From contig CAVQON010000015.1 in the NCBI GenBank assembly GCA_963714455.1, positions 340,694 through 404,693 on the forward strand: DNA of 64,000 nucleotides, read 5' to 3'. Below the pieces are notes generated by a model that saw only the letters and a program-made list of their open reading frames with translations, ran no database searches and was not told the DNA's origin. Within the stretch, counting starts at the first letter, position 1. Every line of letters starts with the position of its first letter. Below are positions 8,190 through 20,153 of this stretch, in pieces. Made by a program: the position numbers and the translations under genes. The DNA is from an uncultured Actinomycetota bacterium. Its GTDB lineage: Bacteria; Actinomycetota; Actinomycetes; Jiangellales; Jiangellaceae.

Positions 8190-9394
8190 CCTCAGGCACG
8201 TCGGCCCCGGACTTCTGGACGCGCACCCGGGGTACCTGGCACGCGGTCTTCTACGGCCTGCTGGCCCTCATGGCCGTGCTGCTGCTCGCACTGGACGACC
8301 TGGACGACACCGAAGTCCCCCTCGCGCTCGGATGCCTCGCGGTCATGGCGCTCGCCTACACGCTGGCGGGCAGGCGTGCCCTCGGACGCGACATGATCGG
8401 TCCGGCGCTGGCCTACCTGCTGCCGGCCTGGGGCGCGGTGTTCGTGCTCGCCGCCGTCGCGCCGGTCGGCTACGGACTGCTGTTCATCTTGTTCCCGCAG
8501 ACCTGGGCGATGCTTCCACGCACGTGGCAAGCCGTCGCGTGGACGCTTGTAGCCGCCGGCGTGCTCGCCACGATCGCGGTGTGGCAGGGCGGCTTCGGCA
8601 CCGACGCGGCGGTCGAGGCCTCACTGACGTTCGCGTTCAACGCGGGCCTGTCGTTGCTGCTGGGGCTGTGGATCACGGGCATCGCCCGCGAGAGCGACCG
8701 GCGTGCCGCGCTCATCGACGAGCTGCGGCGCACGCAGGCCGAGCTCGCCGAGGCCGAGCGCGACCGCGGCGTCATGGCCGAGCGCGAGCGCCTGGCGCAC
8801 GAGATCCACGACACGCTCGCGCAGGGGTTCACCTCCATCCTCGCCCTGGCCCGAGCGATCGACGCCGGGTGGGACGCCGACCCGGGTGCCGCGCGATCCC
8901 GGCTGGCCTTGCTGGAGGAGACCGCGTGCGAGAACGTCGCGGAGGCCCGTGCTCTCGTCGCGGCGCTGCGCCCGGTCGACCTCGACGACGCCGACCTGAC
9001 GGGCGCGCTCGAGCGGGTGGTGGCGCGATTCTCCCGGGACTGCCCGACACAGGCTCGCCTCGAGGTTCGTGGCCAGGCGCGACCGCTGAGCCCACACACC
9101 GAGGTCGTGCTGCTGCGCGCCGCGCAGGAGGGACTCACGAACGTCCGCAAGCATGCCGGCGCCACCATGGTGGTGGTCCGGCTGACGTACGCGGACCCCG
9201 ATGAGAGCATGGCAGCCAGTGGTGACCTGCCGGCCACGCTGGAGGTCATCGACGACGGGCGCGGAATCGTGCCGGGCACGGCCGAAGGCTTCGGCTTGTC
9301 CGGTATGCGGTCGCGAGCCGCCGCCATCGGCGGCTCGGTCGAGGTGGCCGCCGCAGACGAGGGAGGGACGCGCGTCCGTGTCGACGTCCGCTGA
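8186..9394 (+). CDS. sensor histidine kinase (HisKA_3 / NarL-partner type, intramembrane-sensing architecture)
   Basis: ATGA overlap with the permease. Multi-TM N-terminus with no large external loop. H-box ERLAHEIHDTLAQ and ATPase boxes QEGLTNVRKHA, DDGRG, GFGLSGM. Confidence 0.85.
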   Translation: MTSGTSAPDFWTRTRGTWHAVFYGLLALMAVLLLALDDLDDTEVPLALGCLAVMALAYTLAGRRALGRDMIGPALAYLLPAWGAVFVLAAVAPVGYGLLFILFPQTWAMLPRTWQAVAWTLVAAGVLATIAVWQGGFGTDAAVEASLTFAFNAGLSLLLGLWITGIARESDRRAALIDELRRTQAELAEAERDRGVMAERERLAHEIHDTLAQGFTSILALARAIDAGWDADPGAARSRLALLEETACENVAEARALVAALRPVDLDDADLTGALERVVARFSRDCPTQARLEVRGQARPLSPHTEVVLLRAAQEGLTNVRKHAGATMVVVRLTYADPDESMAASGDLPATLEVIDDGRGIVPGTAEGFGLSGMRSRAAAIGGSVEVAAADEGGTRVRVDVR

Positions 9395-10043
9395 GCCCCA
9401 TCCGGCACCCGTGCGTGTGCTGCTGGCCGACGACCACCCGGTCGTGCGGGCCGGCGTGGCCGGGATGCTGGACATCGAGCCCGACATCGAGGTCGTCGGC
9501 GAAGCCACAAACGGCGCCGAGGCGCTGGCCCGCGCCCGAGTGCTGCGACCCGACGTAGTGCTCATGGACCTGCGGATGCCCGAGATGGACGGCGTCGCCG
9601 CCACGACGGCGATCTGCGCCGAGCTGCCCGACGTCCACGTTCTGGTGCTGACCACCTACGACACCGACCGCGACATCGTGCGAGCTGTGGCAGCCGGTGC
9701 CACTGGGTACCTGCTCAAGGACGCTCCGCTGGCCGACCTCGCCGACGCCGTACGAGCCGCCGGGCGAGGCGAGACGGTGCTGGCCCCGCCGGTCGCGGCC
9801 CGTCTGGTGCGCCACGTGCAGGCGCCGGAGGCCGAGTCGTTGACCCGGCGTGAGACTCAGGTGCTGGTCCACGTCGCGCAAGGCATGACCAACGCCGAGA
9901 TCGGACGTGCCCTGTTCATCAGCGAGGCCACGGTGAAGACCCACCTGCTGCGGGTGTTCGCCAAGCTCGATGTCGACGACCGCACCCGTGCGGTGATCGT
10001 GGCCTACGAGCGCGGGCTGCTCGAGGGCGGATCCGCGCCGTAG
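9378..10043 (+). CDS. response regulator, NarL/LuxR family
   Basis: GTG 9378 overlaps the kinase 3' end by 17 nt. Receiver VRVLLADDHP...VLMDLRMPEMDG. HTH LTRRETQVLVHVAQGMTNAEIGRALFISEATVKTHL. Confidence 0.9.
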   Translation: MSTSAEPHPAPVRVLLADDHPVVRAGVAGMLDIEPDIEVVGEATNGAEALARARVLRPDVVLMDLRMPEMDGVAATTAICAELPDVHVLVLTTYDTDRDIVRAVAAGATGYLLKDAPLADLADAVRAAGRGETVLAPPVAARLVRHVQAPEAESLTRRETQVLVHVAQGMTNAEIGRALFISEATVKTHLLRVFAKLDVDDRTRAVIVAYERGLLEGGSAP

Positions 10044-10068
10044 GCGCAGCGTCGGGCGTGGCGAGCCC

Positions 10069-10458
10069 TCAGGCGGCGGACCGGTTCGGGGTCCGCGCGC
10101 TCGGCGGCGCCCGACGCACAGTGAGCACCCGGTGCAGGCGGGTGACCGCGAGCAGCCGTGCCAGCGAAGGACCCACGCCCTCCAGAACGAGGTGGCGCCC
10201 CTGGTTGAGGGCGCGGCGATGGACGCTGACGATCAGGGCCAGTCCCGTGGCGTCGATCGCCACCAGCTGGCTCAGGTCGACGTGCACGTCGTCGTCGGCA
10301 GCGTCGAGCAGCGCGTGCAACGCCGACCGGACGTCGGCGACGCCGCGCACGTCGAGAAACCCCACCAGGCGCAGACCGCCGGAGGTCTTCTGGACCTCGG
10401 TCACATCGGCCTCCCCCCACCGCGGGCACGGCAGTAGTGCGAGAGTAGTGAGACTCAT
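10069..10458 (-). CDS. STAS-domain anti-sigma-factor antagonist
   Basis: 129 aa from ATG 10456-10458. SpoIIAA-like core VHVDLSQLVAIDATGLALIVSVHRRA...LVLEGV. No Shine-Dalgarno sequence is visible. Confidence 0.7.
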   Translation of the reverse strand: MSLTTLALLPCPRWGEADVTEVQKTSGGLRLVGFLDVRGVADVRSALHALLDAADDDVHVDLSQLVAIDATGLALIVSVHRRALNQGRHLVLEGVGPSLARLLAVTRLHRVLTVRRAPPSARTPNRSAA

Positions 10459-10475
10459 GTGACATGTGTGACATG
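10458..10475. repeat. perfect tandem 9-mer TGTGACATG x2 abutting the STAS start codon
   Basis: Copies at 10458-10466 and 10467-10475 are identical. The surrounding divergent spacer is locally AT-richer. Confidence 0.85.
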
Positions 10476-10489
10476 AGAGAGCCGTCGGC

Positions 10490-10870
10490 GTGTCCCGTCC
10501 GGTCGCCCACGCGCTGACCGAGGGCCACAATGGCGGCGTGCCGAGCTGGGGCAGCTTCTCCTACGCGTTCGGACCGCTGGTGGCGCTGGCCGGACTGGTG
10601 GTCATGGTGCTGATCCTTCGCTGGGCGTTCGCGCGAGGGCAGAGCGTCGTCGCCCCCGCCCCGCAGCCCGGTGACCCGCTCGACTACGGACTTCTCGTGC
10701 CGATCGCCGAGCCCACGTCCGTCGCGGAGGCGACGCGGATGCGGACCGCGCTGCAGGCCGCCGGCATCGTGTCAGGAGTCACGCAGACGACGAACGGCCT
10801 GCGGGTGATGGTCTGGCCACGCGACGCCGTGCGGGCCGAGCAGGTACTCGGGACGTACCCGGGCGCCTGA
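10490..10870 (+). CDS. small membrane-anchored hypothetical protein (start uncertain; GTG 10538 also possible)
   Basis: High GC3 throughout. One TM segment (FGPLVALAGLVVMVLILRWAF) followed by a soluble C-terminal domain of about 60 aa. Confidence 0.55.
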   Translation: MSRPVAHALTEGHNGGVPSWGSFSYAFGPLVALAGLVVMVLILRWAFARGQSVVAPAPQPGDPLDYGLLVPIAEPTSVAEATRMRTALQAAGIVSGVTQTTNGLRVMVWPRDAVRAEQVLGTYPGA

Positions 10871-10880
10871 GCCGGCCGGC

Positions 10881-12179
10881 TCAGGCGTAGGCGTCCTGCT
10901 CGTCGGGCTCGCGGGTCACCGTTGCGCCCAGGGCGCACAGCTGGGGAACGAAGTCGGGGTACCCCCGGTCGATGTGGTGCACCGAGGTCACCAGGGTCTC
11001 GCCCTCGGCAACCAGCCCGGCGAGCACCAGGCCGGCACCCGCCCTGATGTCGGTGGCCGCGACCGGTGCCCCGGACAGCGACTCCTTGCCGCGCACGGCG
11101 GCGTGGTGACCCTCGGTGCGCACGTCAGCCCCGAGCCGCGCCAGCTCGTTGACGAACATGAAGCGCGACTCGAAGACGTTCTCGGTGATCATCGACGTGC
11201 CGTCGGCGATCGAGTTGAGGGCGACGACCATCGGCTGAAGGTCGGTCGGAAAGCCCGGGTAGGGCAGCGTCACGACGTCGAAGGCACGGGGGCGCCGGTC
11301 CATGCGCACCCGCATCCCGTCCGGCACGGTGCTCAGCCGGGCGCCGGCCCACGACAGCTTGTCGAGCACGATCTCGAGGTGCTCCGGCCGGGCGTTGGTG
11401 ATGGTCACGTCACCCTGGGTCATCACCGCGGCCACCGCCCATGTGCCGGTGACGATGCGGTCGGGGACCACGACGTGCTCGACCGGGTGCAAGCCCGCGA
11501 CTCCTCGTACGACCACCGTCGACGACCCCGCGCCGTCGATCTCTGCGCCCATCGCCGCGAGCATCTGGCACAGGTCGACGATCTCCGGCTCCCGGGCCGC
11601 GTTGTCGATGACCGTCGTGCCCTGGGCCAGGACGCCGGCCATGAGCAGGTTCTCCGTCGCCCCGACGCTCGGGAAGTCGAGCCACACCGACCTGCCCTGC
11701 AGGCCACCCGGCGCCCTGGCGACGACGTTGCCGTGCTCGACGCCGATGCTGGCACCGAGGCGCTCCAGCCCGGCCAGGTGCATGTCGAGTCCGCGGGAGC
11801 CGATGTTGTCACCGCCGGGCAACGCCACCTCGGCCGCGCCCAGACGCCCGACCAGCGGACCCAGCACCGCGATGGAGGCCCGCAGCCGTCGCACCAGGCC
11901 GTAGGGCGCTCGGTGGCTCAGCTCGTCGTCACCGGGCACGGTGATCGCCACCGACGTGCCGAAGCGCTCGATGGAGCATCCGAGGTTCTCCAGCATCGCG
12001 GCCATGTACCCGACGTCGAGGATGTCCGGCACGTCGTGCAGCACGCTGCGTCCCGGCGCCAGCAGCGCGGCCGCCATCAGCTTGAGCGCGCTGTTCTTGG
12101 CCCCCGCGATCCGCACGGTTCCGTCCAGCCGCGAACCGCCGTGCACGCGCAGGCGCTCCGGGATCGCGTCGGCAGCCAC
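10881..12179 (-). CDS. murA: UDP-N-acetylglucosamine 1-carboxyvinyltransferase
   Basis: 432 aa from GTG 12177-12179. [33 protein letters not shown]. Active-site loop [13 protein letters not shown]. Position as Rv1315. Confidence 0.9.
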   Translation of the reverse strand: MAADAIPERLRVHGGSRLDGTVRIAGAKNSALKLMAAALLAPGRSVLHDVPDILDVGYMAAMLENLGCSIERFGTSVAITVPGDDELSHRAPYGLVRRLRASIAVLGPLVGRLGAAEVALPGGDNIGSRGLDMHLAGLERLGASIGVEHGNVVARAPGGLQGRSVWLDFPSVGATENLLMAGVLAQGTTVIDNAAREPEIVDLCQMLAAMGAEIDGAGSSTVVVRGVAGLHPVEHVVVPDRIVTGTWAVAAVMTQGDVTITNARPEHLEIVLDKLSWAGARLSTVPDGMRVRMDRRPRAFDVVTLPYPGFPTDLQPMVVALNSIADGTSMITENVFESRFMFVNELARLGADVRTEGHHAAVRGKESLSGAPVAATDIRAGAGLVLAGLVAEGETLVTSVHHIDRGYPDFVPQLCALGATVTREPDEQDAYA

Positions 12180-12217
12180 GCGGTGATCGTAGGCGGCGCG
12201 ACGCCTAGGCTGGGGGC

Positions 12218-12805
12218 GTGGTGAACCTGACACGCATCTACACGCGAACCGGCGACGACGGGACGACGGCGCTGGGCGACTTCAGCCGGGTGCGCAAGAC
12301 CGACACCCGGCTCGAGGCGTACGCCGACGTGGACGAGGCCAACTCGGCCATCGGGGTGGTGCTCGCCCTCGGTGACCTGCCCGACGAGGTCGCCGAGGTG
12401 CTGCGCACCGTCCAGAACGACCTGTTCGACGTGGGCGCCGACCTGTGCACGCCGGTACGGGAGAACCCCGAGGTGCCGCCGCTGCGGGTGGACGAGGCGT
12501 ACATCACGTGGCTCGAGGAGCAGTGCGACCACTTCAACGCCGAGCTGGCGCCGCTGCGGTCGTTCATCCTTCCTGGCGGGACGCCGGCCGCAGCGCTGCT
12601 GCACGTGGCCCGCACGACCGTCCGCCGGGCCGAGCGCGCCACCTGGGCAGCGCTCTACGACCACGGCGAAGACATGAACGCCCTGCCCGCGACCTACCTC
12701 AACCGGCTCTCGGACCTGCTGTTCATCCTCTGCCGGCACGCCAACCGGGCCGAGTCCGGCGAGGTCGCCGACGTGCTCTGGGAGCCCGGCCGCCGCCAGT
12801 CCTGA
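12218..12805 (+). CDS. PduO-type ATP:cob(I)alamin adenosyltransferase
   Basis: N-terminal [15 protein letters not shown] motif. 195 aa. Positional equivalent of Rv1314c. Confidence 0.85.
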   Translation: MVNLTRIYTRTGDDGTTALGDFSRVRKTDTRLEAYADVDEANSAIGVVLALGDLPDEVAEVLRTVQNDLFDVGADLCTPVRENPEVPPLRVDEAYITWLEEQCDHFNAELAPLRSFILPGGTPAAALLHVARTTVRRAERATWAALYDHGEDMNALPATYLNRLSDLLFILCRHANRAESGEVADVLWEPGRRQS

Positions 12806-12839
12806 CGCGCGTGCCGGCCACCCCGGCCGCCGGGCGGGA

Positions 12840-13238
12840 TCAGCTGCGGACGAGCCCCTGGTTGTGCACCGCGGAGATACGGGCCTTGGCTCGGGCCTGG
12901 GCCGCGTGGCTGGACGCGTTGTCGGGGTCGGCCTCGGCGTTCTTCAGCGCGAGCTGAGCCCGGTCGACGTCGATCTCGTGGGCCAGCTCGGCCACCTCGG
13001 CGATGATCTCGACGTTGCCCTCGTCCACGCCGAGGAATCCGCCGTGCACCGCCCCGTGCTGCTGGGTGCCGTCCGGGAGGTGGATCGTGACGCGTCCGGG
13101 GACGAGGACGGCCAGCATCGGCTCATGCCGGGGCATGATGCCGATCTTGCCGTCGGTGGTGCGGGTGGTGACCATGGTGGCGTCACCCGACCACACCAGC
13201 CGCTCGGCGGACACCAGCTCGACGTGCAGCGTTTCCAA
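12840..13238 (-). CDS. atpC: F1 ATP synthase subunit epsilon
   Basis: 132 aa. TTG start after GGAGAGG. LHVELVSAERLVWSGDA... is a typical epsilon N-terminal beta-sandwich. Last gene of the atp operon. Confidence 0.9.
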   Translation of the reverse strand: METLHVELVSAERLVWSGDATMVTTRTTDGKIGIMPRHEPMLAVLVPGRVTIHLPDGTQQHGAVHGGFLGVDEGNVEIIAEVAELAHEIDVDRAQLALKNAEADPDNASSHAAQARAKARISAVHNQGLVRS

Positions 13239-13275
13239 CGCGACCTCTCCTGCCTGTCAGACCCGATCGGTTCGC

Positions 13276-15665
<2,390 letters not shown>

Positions 15666-15668
15666 GGC

Positions 15669-17333
15669 TCAGGAGGTCTTCCCGGCGGTGCCGGCCGGAG
15701 GCGCCTTGCGCACCTTCTTGGTGACCGACAAGGCGTCGGCCTCGTCCTCCATGGCGTCGACCGGGACGTCCTTGATGAGCGGCTGGCCGCTGCTGGTGAC
15801 GAACTGGCCCTTGAACGAGGTGAGCGCGGACTCCAGCCCGGCCACCGTGTCGTCGGACAGGTCGTTGGTGTCGGCGATCGACGCCAGCAGGGCGGAGTGC
15901 TCGCGGCCGACGAAGTCCAAGAACTCCGTCTCGAACCGGCGGATGTCTTCCAGCGGCACGTCGTCCAGCCCACCCGAGCTGCCCGACCACAGCGACACGA
16001 CCTGCTTGTTGACGGGGAACGGCGAGTACTGCGGCTGCTTGAGCAGCTCGACCAGACGGGCACCGCGGTCGAGCTGGGCGCGCGAGGCCTTGTCGAGGTC
16101 GGAGGCGAAAGCGGCGAAGGCCTCCAGAGCGCGGTACTGGGCCAGGTCGAGGCGCAGCGACCCGGCGACCTTGCGGATGGCCTTCACCTGAGCCGCGCCA
16201 CCGACACGCGACACCGAGATGCCGACGTTGATCGCCGGTCGCACACCGGAGTTGAACAGGTCGGTCTCCAAGAAGCACTGGCCGTCGGTGATGGAGATGA
16301 CGTTGGTCGGGATGAACGCCGACACGTCGTTGGCCTTGGTCTCGATGATCGGCAGCCCGGTCAGGGAACCCGCCCCGAGGTCGTCGGACAGCTTCGCGCA
16401 GCGCTCGAGCAGCCGCGAGTGCAGGTAGAAGACGTCGCCGGGGTAGGCCTCGCGGCCCGGCGGACGACGCAGCAGCAGCGACACCGAGCGGTAGGCCTCG
16501 GCCTGCTTGGACAGGTCGTCGAACACGATCAGGACGTGCTTGCCCTGGTACATCCAGTGCTGGCCGATGGCCGAGCCGGTGTAGGGAGCGATGTACTTGA
16601 AGCCGGCCGGGTCCGACGCCGGCGACGCGACGATGGTCGTGTACTCCAGCGCGCCGGACTCCTCCAGCGCGGTGCGTACCGAGGCGATCGTCGAGCCCTT
16701 CTGGCCGACTCCGACGTAGACGCAGCGCACCTGCTTGTCGGGGTCGCCGGTGGCCCAGTTGTCGCGCTGGTTGATGATCGTGTCGATCGCGACGGCGGTC
16801 TTGCCGGTCTGGCGGTCGCCGATGATCAGCTGGCGCTGGCCACGGCCGATCGGCGTCATGGCGTCGACGGCCTTGATGCCGGTCTGCAGGGGCTCGGACA
16901 CCGGCTGGCGCTCCACGACCGATGGAGCCTGAAGCTCCAGTGCCCGGCGGCCTTCGGCCTCGACCGGGCCGAGCCCGTCGATCGGCTCGCCCAGCGGGTC
17001 GATCACGCGACCGAGGAAGCCGTCACCGATCGGCACCGAGAGCACCTCACCGGTGCGCTTGACCTGCTGGCCCTCCTCGATGGGCTGGTAGTCGCCCAGG
17101 ATGACGCAGCCGATCTCGCGGACGTCGAGGTTCAGGGCGAGGCCGAGGACGCCGCCGTGGAACTCCAGCAGCTCGTTGGCCATGGCCGAGGGAAGCCCCT
17201 CGACCCGGGCGATGCCGTCGCCGGCCTCGGCGACCTGCCCGATCTCCTCGCGGGAGGTCTCGGGCTGGTACTCCGCGACATGGCGCGAGATCGCGTCCCG
17301 AATCTCGTCGGGCCGAATGCTCAGCTCGGTCAT
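15669..17333 (-). CDS. atpA: F1 ATP synthase subunit alpha (with C-terminal extension)
   Basis: Walker A GDRQTGKT. 554 aa, with about 40 extra residues after the conserved ...LTSFKGQF. Confidence 0.97.
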   Translation of the reverse strand: MTELSIRPDEIRDAISRHVAEYQPETSREEIGQVAEAGDGIARVEGLPSAMANELLEFHGGVLGLALNLDVREIGCVILGDYQPIEEGQQVKRTGEVLSVPIGDGFLGRVIDPLGEPIDGLGPVEAEGRRALELQAPSVVERQPVSEPLQTGIKAVDAMTPIGRGQRQLIIGDRQTGKTAVAIDTIINQRDNWATGDPDKQVRCVYVGVGQKGSTIASVRTALEESGALEYTTIVASPASDPAGFKYIAPYTGSAIGQHWMYQGKHVLIVFDDLSKQAEAYRSVSLLLRRPPGREAYPGDVFYLHSRLLERCAKLSDDLGAGSLTGLPIIETKANDVSAFIPTNVISITDGQCFLETDLFNSGVRPAINVGISVSRVGGAAQVKAIRKVAGSLRLDLAQYRALEAFAAFASDLDKASRAQLDRGARLVELLKQPQYSPFPVNKQVVSLWSGSSGGLDDVPLEDIRRFETEFLDFVGREHSALLASIADTNDLSDDTVAGLESALTSFKGQFVTSSGQPLIKDVPVDAMEDEADALSVTKKVRKAPPAGTAGKTS

Positions 17334-17372
17334 CGTGCTTCGTACTCCCTGAGTAAGTGTTCGCGGGTGGTG

Positions 17373-18179
17373 CTACTGGGTCAGTGAGCGGCGGGCTGCC
17401 GCCATCCGGCTCGCGATCGAGCCGTCGATGATCTCGTCCCCGATGCGGACGACGGCGCCGCCGAGCACGTCGGGGTCGACCGAGACGGCCACGGTGACCT
17501 CGTGGCCGTAGATGCGCTGCAGGGCGGCAGACAGGCGCTGCGTCTGCTCCTCGGTCAGCGGCATCGGGGCGCGGACGTCGGCCAGCAGCTGCTGGCGCCG
17601 GGCCGCAGCAAGCTGGACGAGCTCGTGGAGCCGGTCGGCCATGGGGCGGCCGAGGGCGTGCGCGCCGGCGTGCGTGACCAGGGTCACCGTCTCCGGCTGC
17701 ACCTTGTCGGCAAGCAGGTCAGCGATGACGGTGGACTTGGTGGCGGGGGCGACCGCCGGGTCCGACAGCAAGAGCTGCAGGTCTGGCGACGACTCGAGGA
17801 TGCGGGAGAAGCGGAATAGCTCCTCCTCGACGGTGTCGATGCGGCCGTCGGCCTCGGCGTGGGCCAGCAACGCCTCAGCCCCGAGGATCTCCAGCACCTC
17901 GACGAGGTCGCGTGGTGGCGACCAGCGCTGCGCGACGACCGTCGCGAGCACCGACACCGTCTGCGGGGCGACCTTGTCGGTGAAGATGCTCCTGGCCAGC
18001 TCGACCCGGCGCTCGGGTGTCGAGCCGTTGTCGGTCAGCGCGTTGCGCAGCGAGGTCTCGCGACCCAGCAGCGACGCCACCGACAGCAGCTGCGACCCCA
18101 CCAGATCGGTGCTCGTCGCCGGGTCGGCGCGAAACTCCTCGCGCACGACGGCCAACGATGCTCGGCTGGCTCCTTGCAT
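17373..18179 (-). CDS. atpH: F1 ATP synthase subunit delta (OSCP) with duplicated N-terminal domain
   Basis: 268 aa. C-terminal VVRIGDEIIDGSIASR motif. Its ATG shares one nucleotide with the atpF TGA. Confidence 0.9.
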   Translation of the reverse strand: MQGASRASLAVVREEFRADPATSTDLVGSQLLSVASLLGRETSLRNALTDNGSTPERRVELARSIFTDKVAPQTVSVLATVVAQRWSPPRDLVEVLEILGAEALLAHAEADGRIDTVEEELFRFSRILESSPDLQLLLSDPAVAPATKSTVIADLLADKVQPETVTLVTHAGAHALGRPMADRLHELVQLAAARRQQLLADVRAPMPLTEEQTQRLSAALQRIYGHEVTVAVSVDPDVLGGAVVRIGDEIIDGSIASRMAAARRSLTQ

Positions 18180-18745
18180 CAGGACGCGCCTCCCTGGGGG
18201 GCGGCCTCGAGGTCGGCGATGAACGCGTCGATCGTGGCGCTCGTGCGCTCGGGGTCGAGGTTCGCGCCGATGATGCGCTCGGCCAGGTCGGACGCCAGCA
18301 CGCCGACGTCACGCGACAGCGACGCCTTGGCGCTGGCCATGTCGGTGGCGAGCCTGGCCTGGGCCTGCTCGGTCACCGTTCGGGCGGCCTGGTCGGCCTC
18401 GGTGCGCGCCTCGGCCACGATCGAGGCCCGCTGCGCCTGGCCGTCCGAGCGCAAGCGGTTTGCCTCGGCGCGGGCGTCGGCGAGCTGGGCCCGGTACTGC
18501 TCGAGCAGCGCGGCGGCCTCGGCACGGTCGGCCTCGGCCTGGTCGAGCTTCTGCTCGATTCCCTCGCTGCGTGCGTCCAGCGCCTTCTGCATCTGCGGCC
18601 ACACGAAGCGCCAGAAGAGGAAGAAGATGATCGCGAACGACAGCGCCGACCAGATGATGTCGTAGATCGCGGGCAGCAGGATGGCGCTGCCCTCGACTTC
18701 TTCACCACCCTCAGCGGCAAGCAGGGTGACGAGCGCGTCGTCCAC
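18179..18745 (-). CDS. atpF: Fo ATP synthase subunit b
   Basis: 188 aa. A single N-terminal TM (IIWSALSFAIIFFLFWRFVW) followed by a long Ala/Glu/Arg-rich helix. Confidence 0.9.
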   Translation of the reverse strand: MDDALVTLLAAEGGEEVEGSAILLPAIYDIIWSALSFAIIFFLFWRFVWPQMQKALDARSEGIEQKLDQAEADRAEAAALLEQYRAQLADARAEANRLRSDGQAQRASIVAEARTEADQAARTVTEQAQARLATDMASAKASLSRDVGVLASDLAERIIGANLDPERTSATIDAFIADLEAAPQGGAS

Positions 18746-18748
18746 GAA

Positions 18749-19036
<288 letters not shown>

Positions 19037-19837
19037 CTAGTGGTGTTCGCTGATGCTGCCGGCGATGTAGACGGCGGTGAGAAGCGTGAAGATGTAGGCC
19101 TGGATGACCACGATCAGCATCTCGAAGAGGGTGAAGGCGAAGCCGGCACCGAAGATGCCGATGCCGAGGATCGGCTGGAGCGGGCTGTTCGGGAAGAAGA
19201 TGAAGTACCAGGCGGCGGAGAAGAACAGCACCAGCATCAGGTGGCCGGCCAGCATGTTGACCATGAGACGCAGGGCGAGCGTGACCGGGCGCAGGATGAA
19301 CGTCGACAGCGCCTCGATCGGGGTCAGCAGGATGTACATGACCTTCGGGACGCCAGGGATGAAGAGGTTGGACTTCAGGTAGCCGCCGACGCCCTGCTTG
19401 GCGATGCCGGCCCAGTTGAAGACGACGTAGGACGTCAGCGCCAAGAACACCGGGTAGCCGATGCGGGCGTTCACCGGCATGTTCAGCAGCGGCGTGATGC
19501 CGGTGATGTTGAACGCCAGCACCATGAAGAAGAGCGTGGCCAGGTAGGGGGCGTACTTCTTGCCGTCCTTGCCCAGGATCTCGTCGGCGATGAACGTGCG
19601 GACGAAGTCGACCGCGACCTCGCCCATGTTCTGCAGCCGCCCGGGAACCACCTGCGGGTTGCGGAAGGCCATCACGAAGAACAGCGCGACCATCCCGGTC
19701 ATGAAGAACCCGATGAGGTTGATGCGGTCGATCTCGAAAGGAGTGCCCTCGAAGAAGATCGCTCCGGGGAAGAACTCCGACAGCGACGGCGGACTCCAGG
19801 TATCGCCTTCAGAGGCGAGGACTGCGATCCCCGTCAT
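19037..19837 (-). CDS. atpB: Fo ATP synthase subunit a
   Basis: 266 aa polytopic protein with the essential Arg in LALRLMVNMLAGH. Confidence 0.95.
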   Translation of the reverse strand: MTGIAVLASEGDTWSPPSLSEFFPGAIFFEGTPFEIDRINLIGFFMTGMVALFFVMAFRNPQVVPGRLQNMGEVAVDFVRTFIADEILGKDGKKYAPYLATLFFMVLAFNITGITPLLNMPVNARIGYPVFLALTSYVVFNWAGIAKQGVGGYLKSNLFIPGVPKVMYILLTPIEALSTFILRPVTLALRLMVNMLAGHLMLVLFFSAAWYFIFFPNSPLQPILGIGIFGAGFAFTLFEMLIVVIQAYIFTLLTAVYIAGSISEHH

Positions 19838-19867
19838 GGTTGGCTGTCGCTCCGATCTCGGCTCGGT

Positions 19868-20098
19868 CTACGAACGACCGTGGCGCGCGTACACGATGTA
19901 GAAGCTGAAGATGAACCCGACCACCACGCCGAGAGGAAGAAAGACCCTCGTCGTGCCGACCACCTCGTCCACCCCCCAGCCGACGAACCCGTACAGGACC
20001 GGCCCGGCGACCAGAGTCGACATGACCGACCAGGCGATGCCCTCGCCCTCGACCAGGCCCATGGGCCGGCGGGACTCAGGATCGGTCTTGGCTGTCAT
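19868..20098 (-). CDS. AtpZ/AtpI-type small membrane protein
   Basis: 76 aa from ATG 20096-20098. Two TM segments. Lies immediately upstream of atpB. Confidence 0.55.
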   Translation of the reverse strand: MTAKTDPESRRPMGLVEGEGIAWSVMSTLVAGPVLYGFVGWGVDEVVGTTRVFLPLGVVVGFIFSFYIVYARHGRS

Positions 20099-20153
20099 GA
20101 CTGGCCCGGACACTACCAACATCGATCCGCAACTCGGGCCCAGGTGCCCAGAG

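Noticed and set aside
12177-12233. Apparent head-to-head overlap of murA and the adenosyltransferase gene (track ORF starts 12233 and 12218)
   Set aside because: The murA track start adds 18 Arg/Pro-rich residues. GTG 12177-12179 gives a normal MurA N-terminus and removes the overlap.
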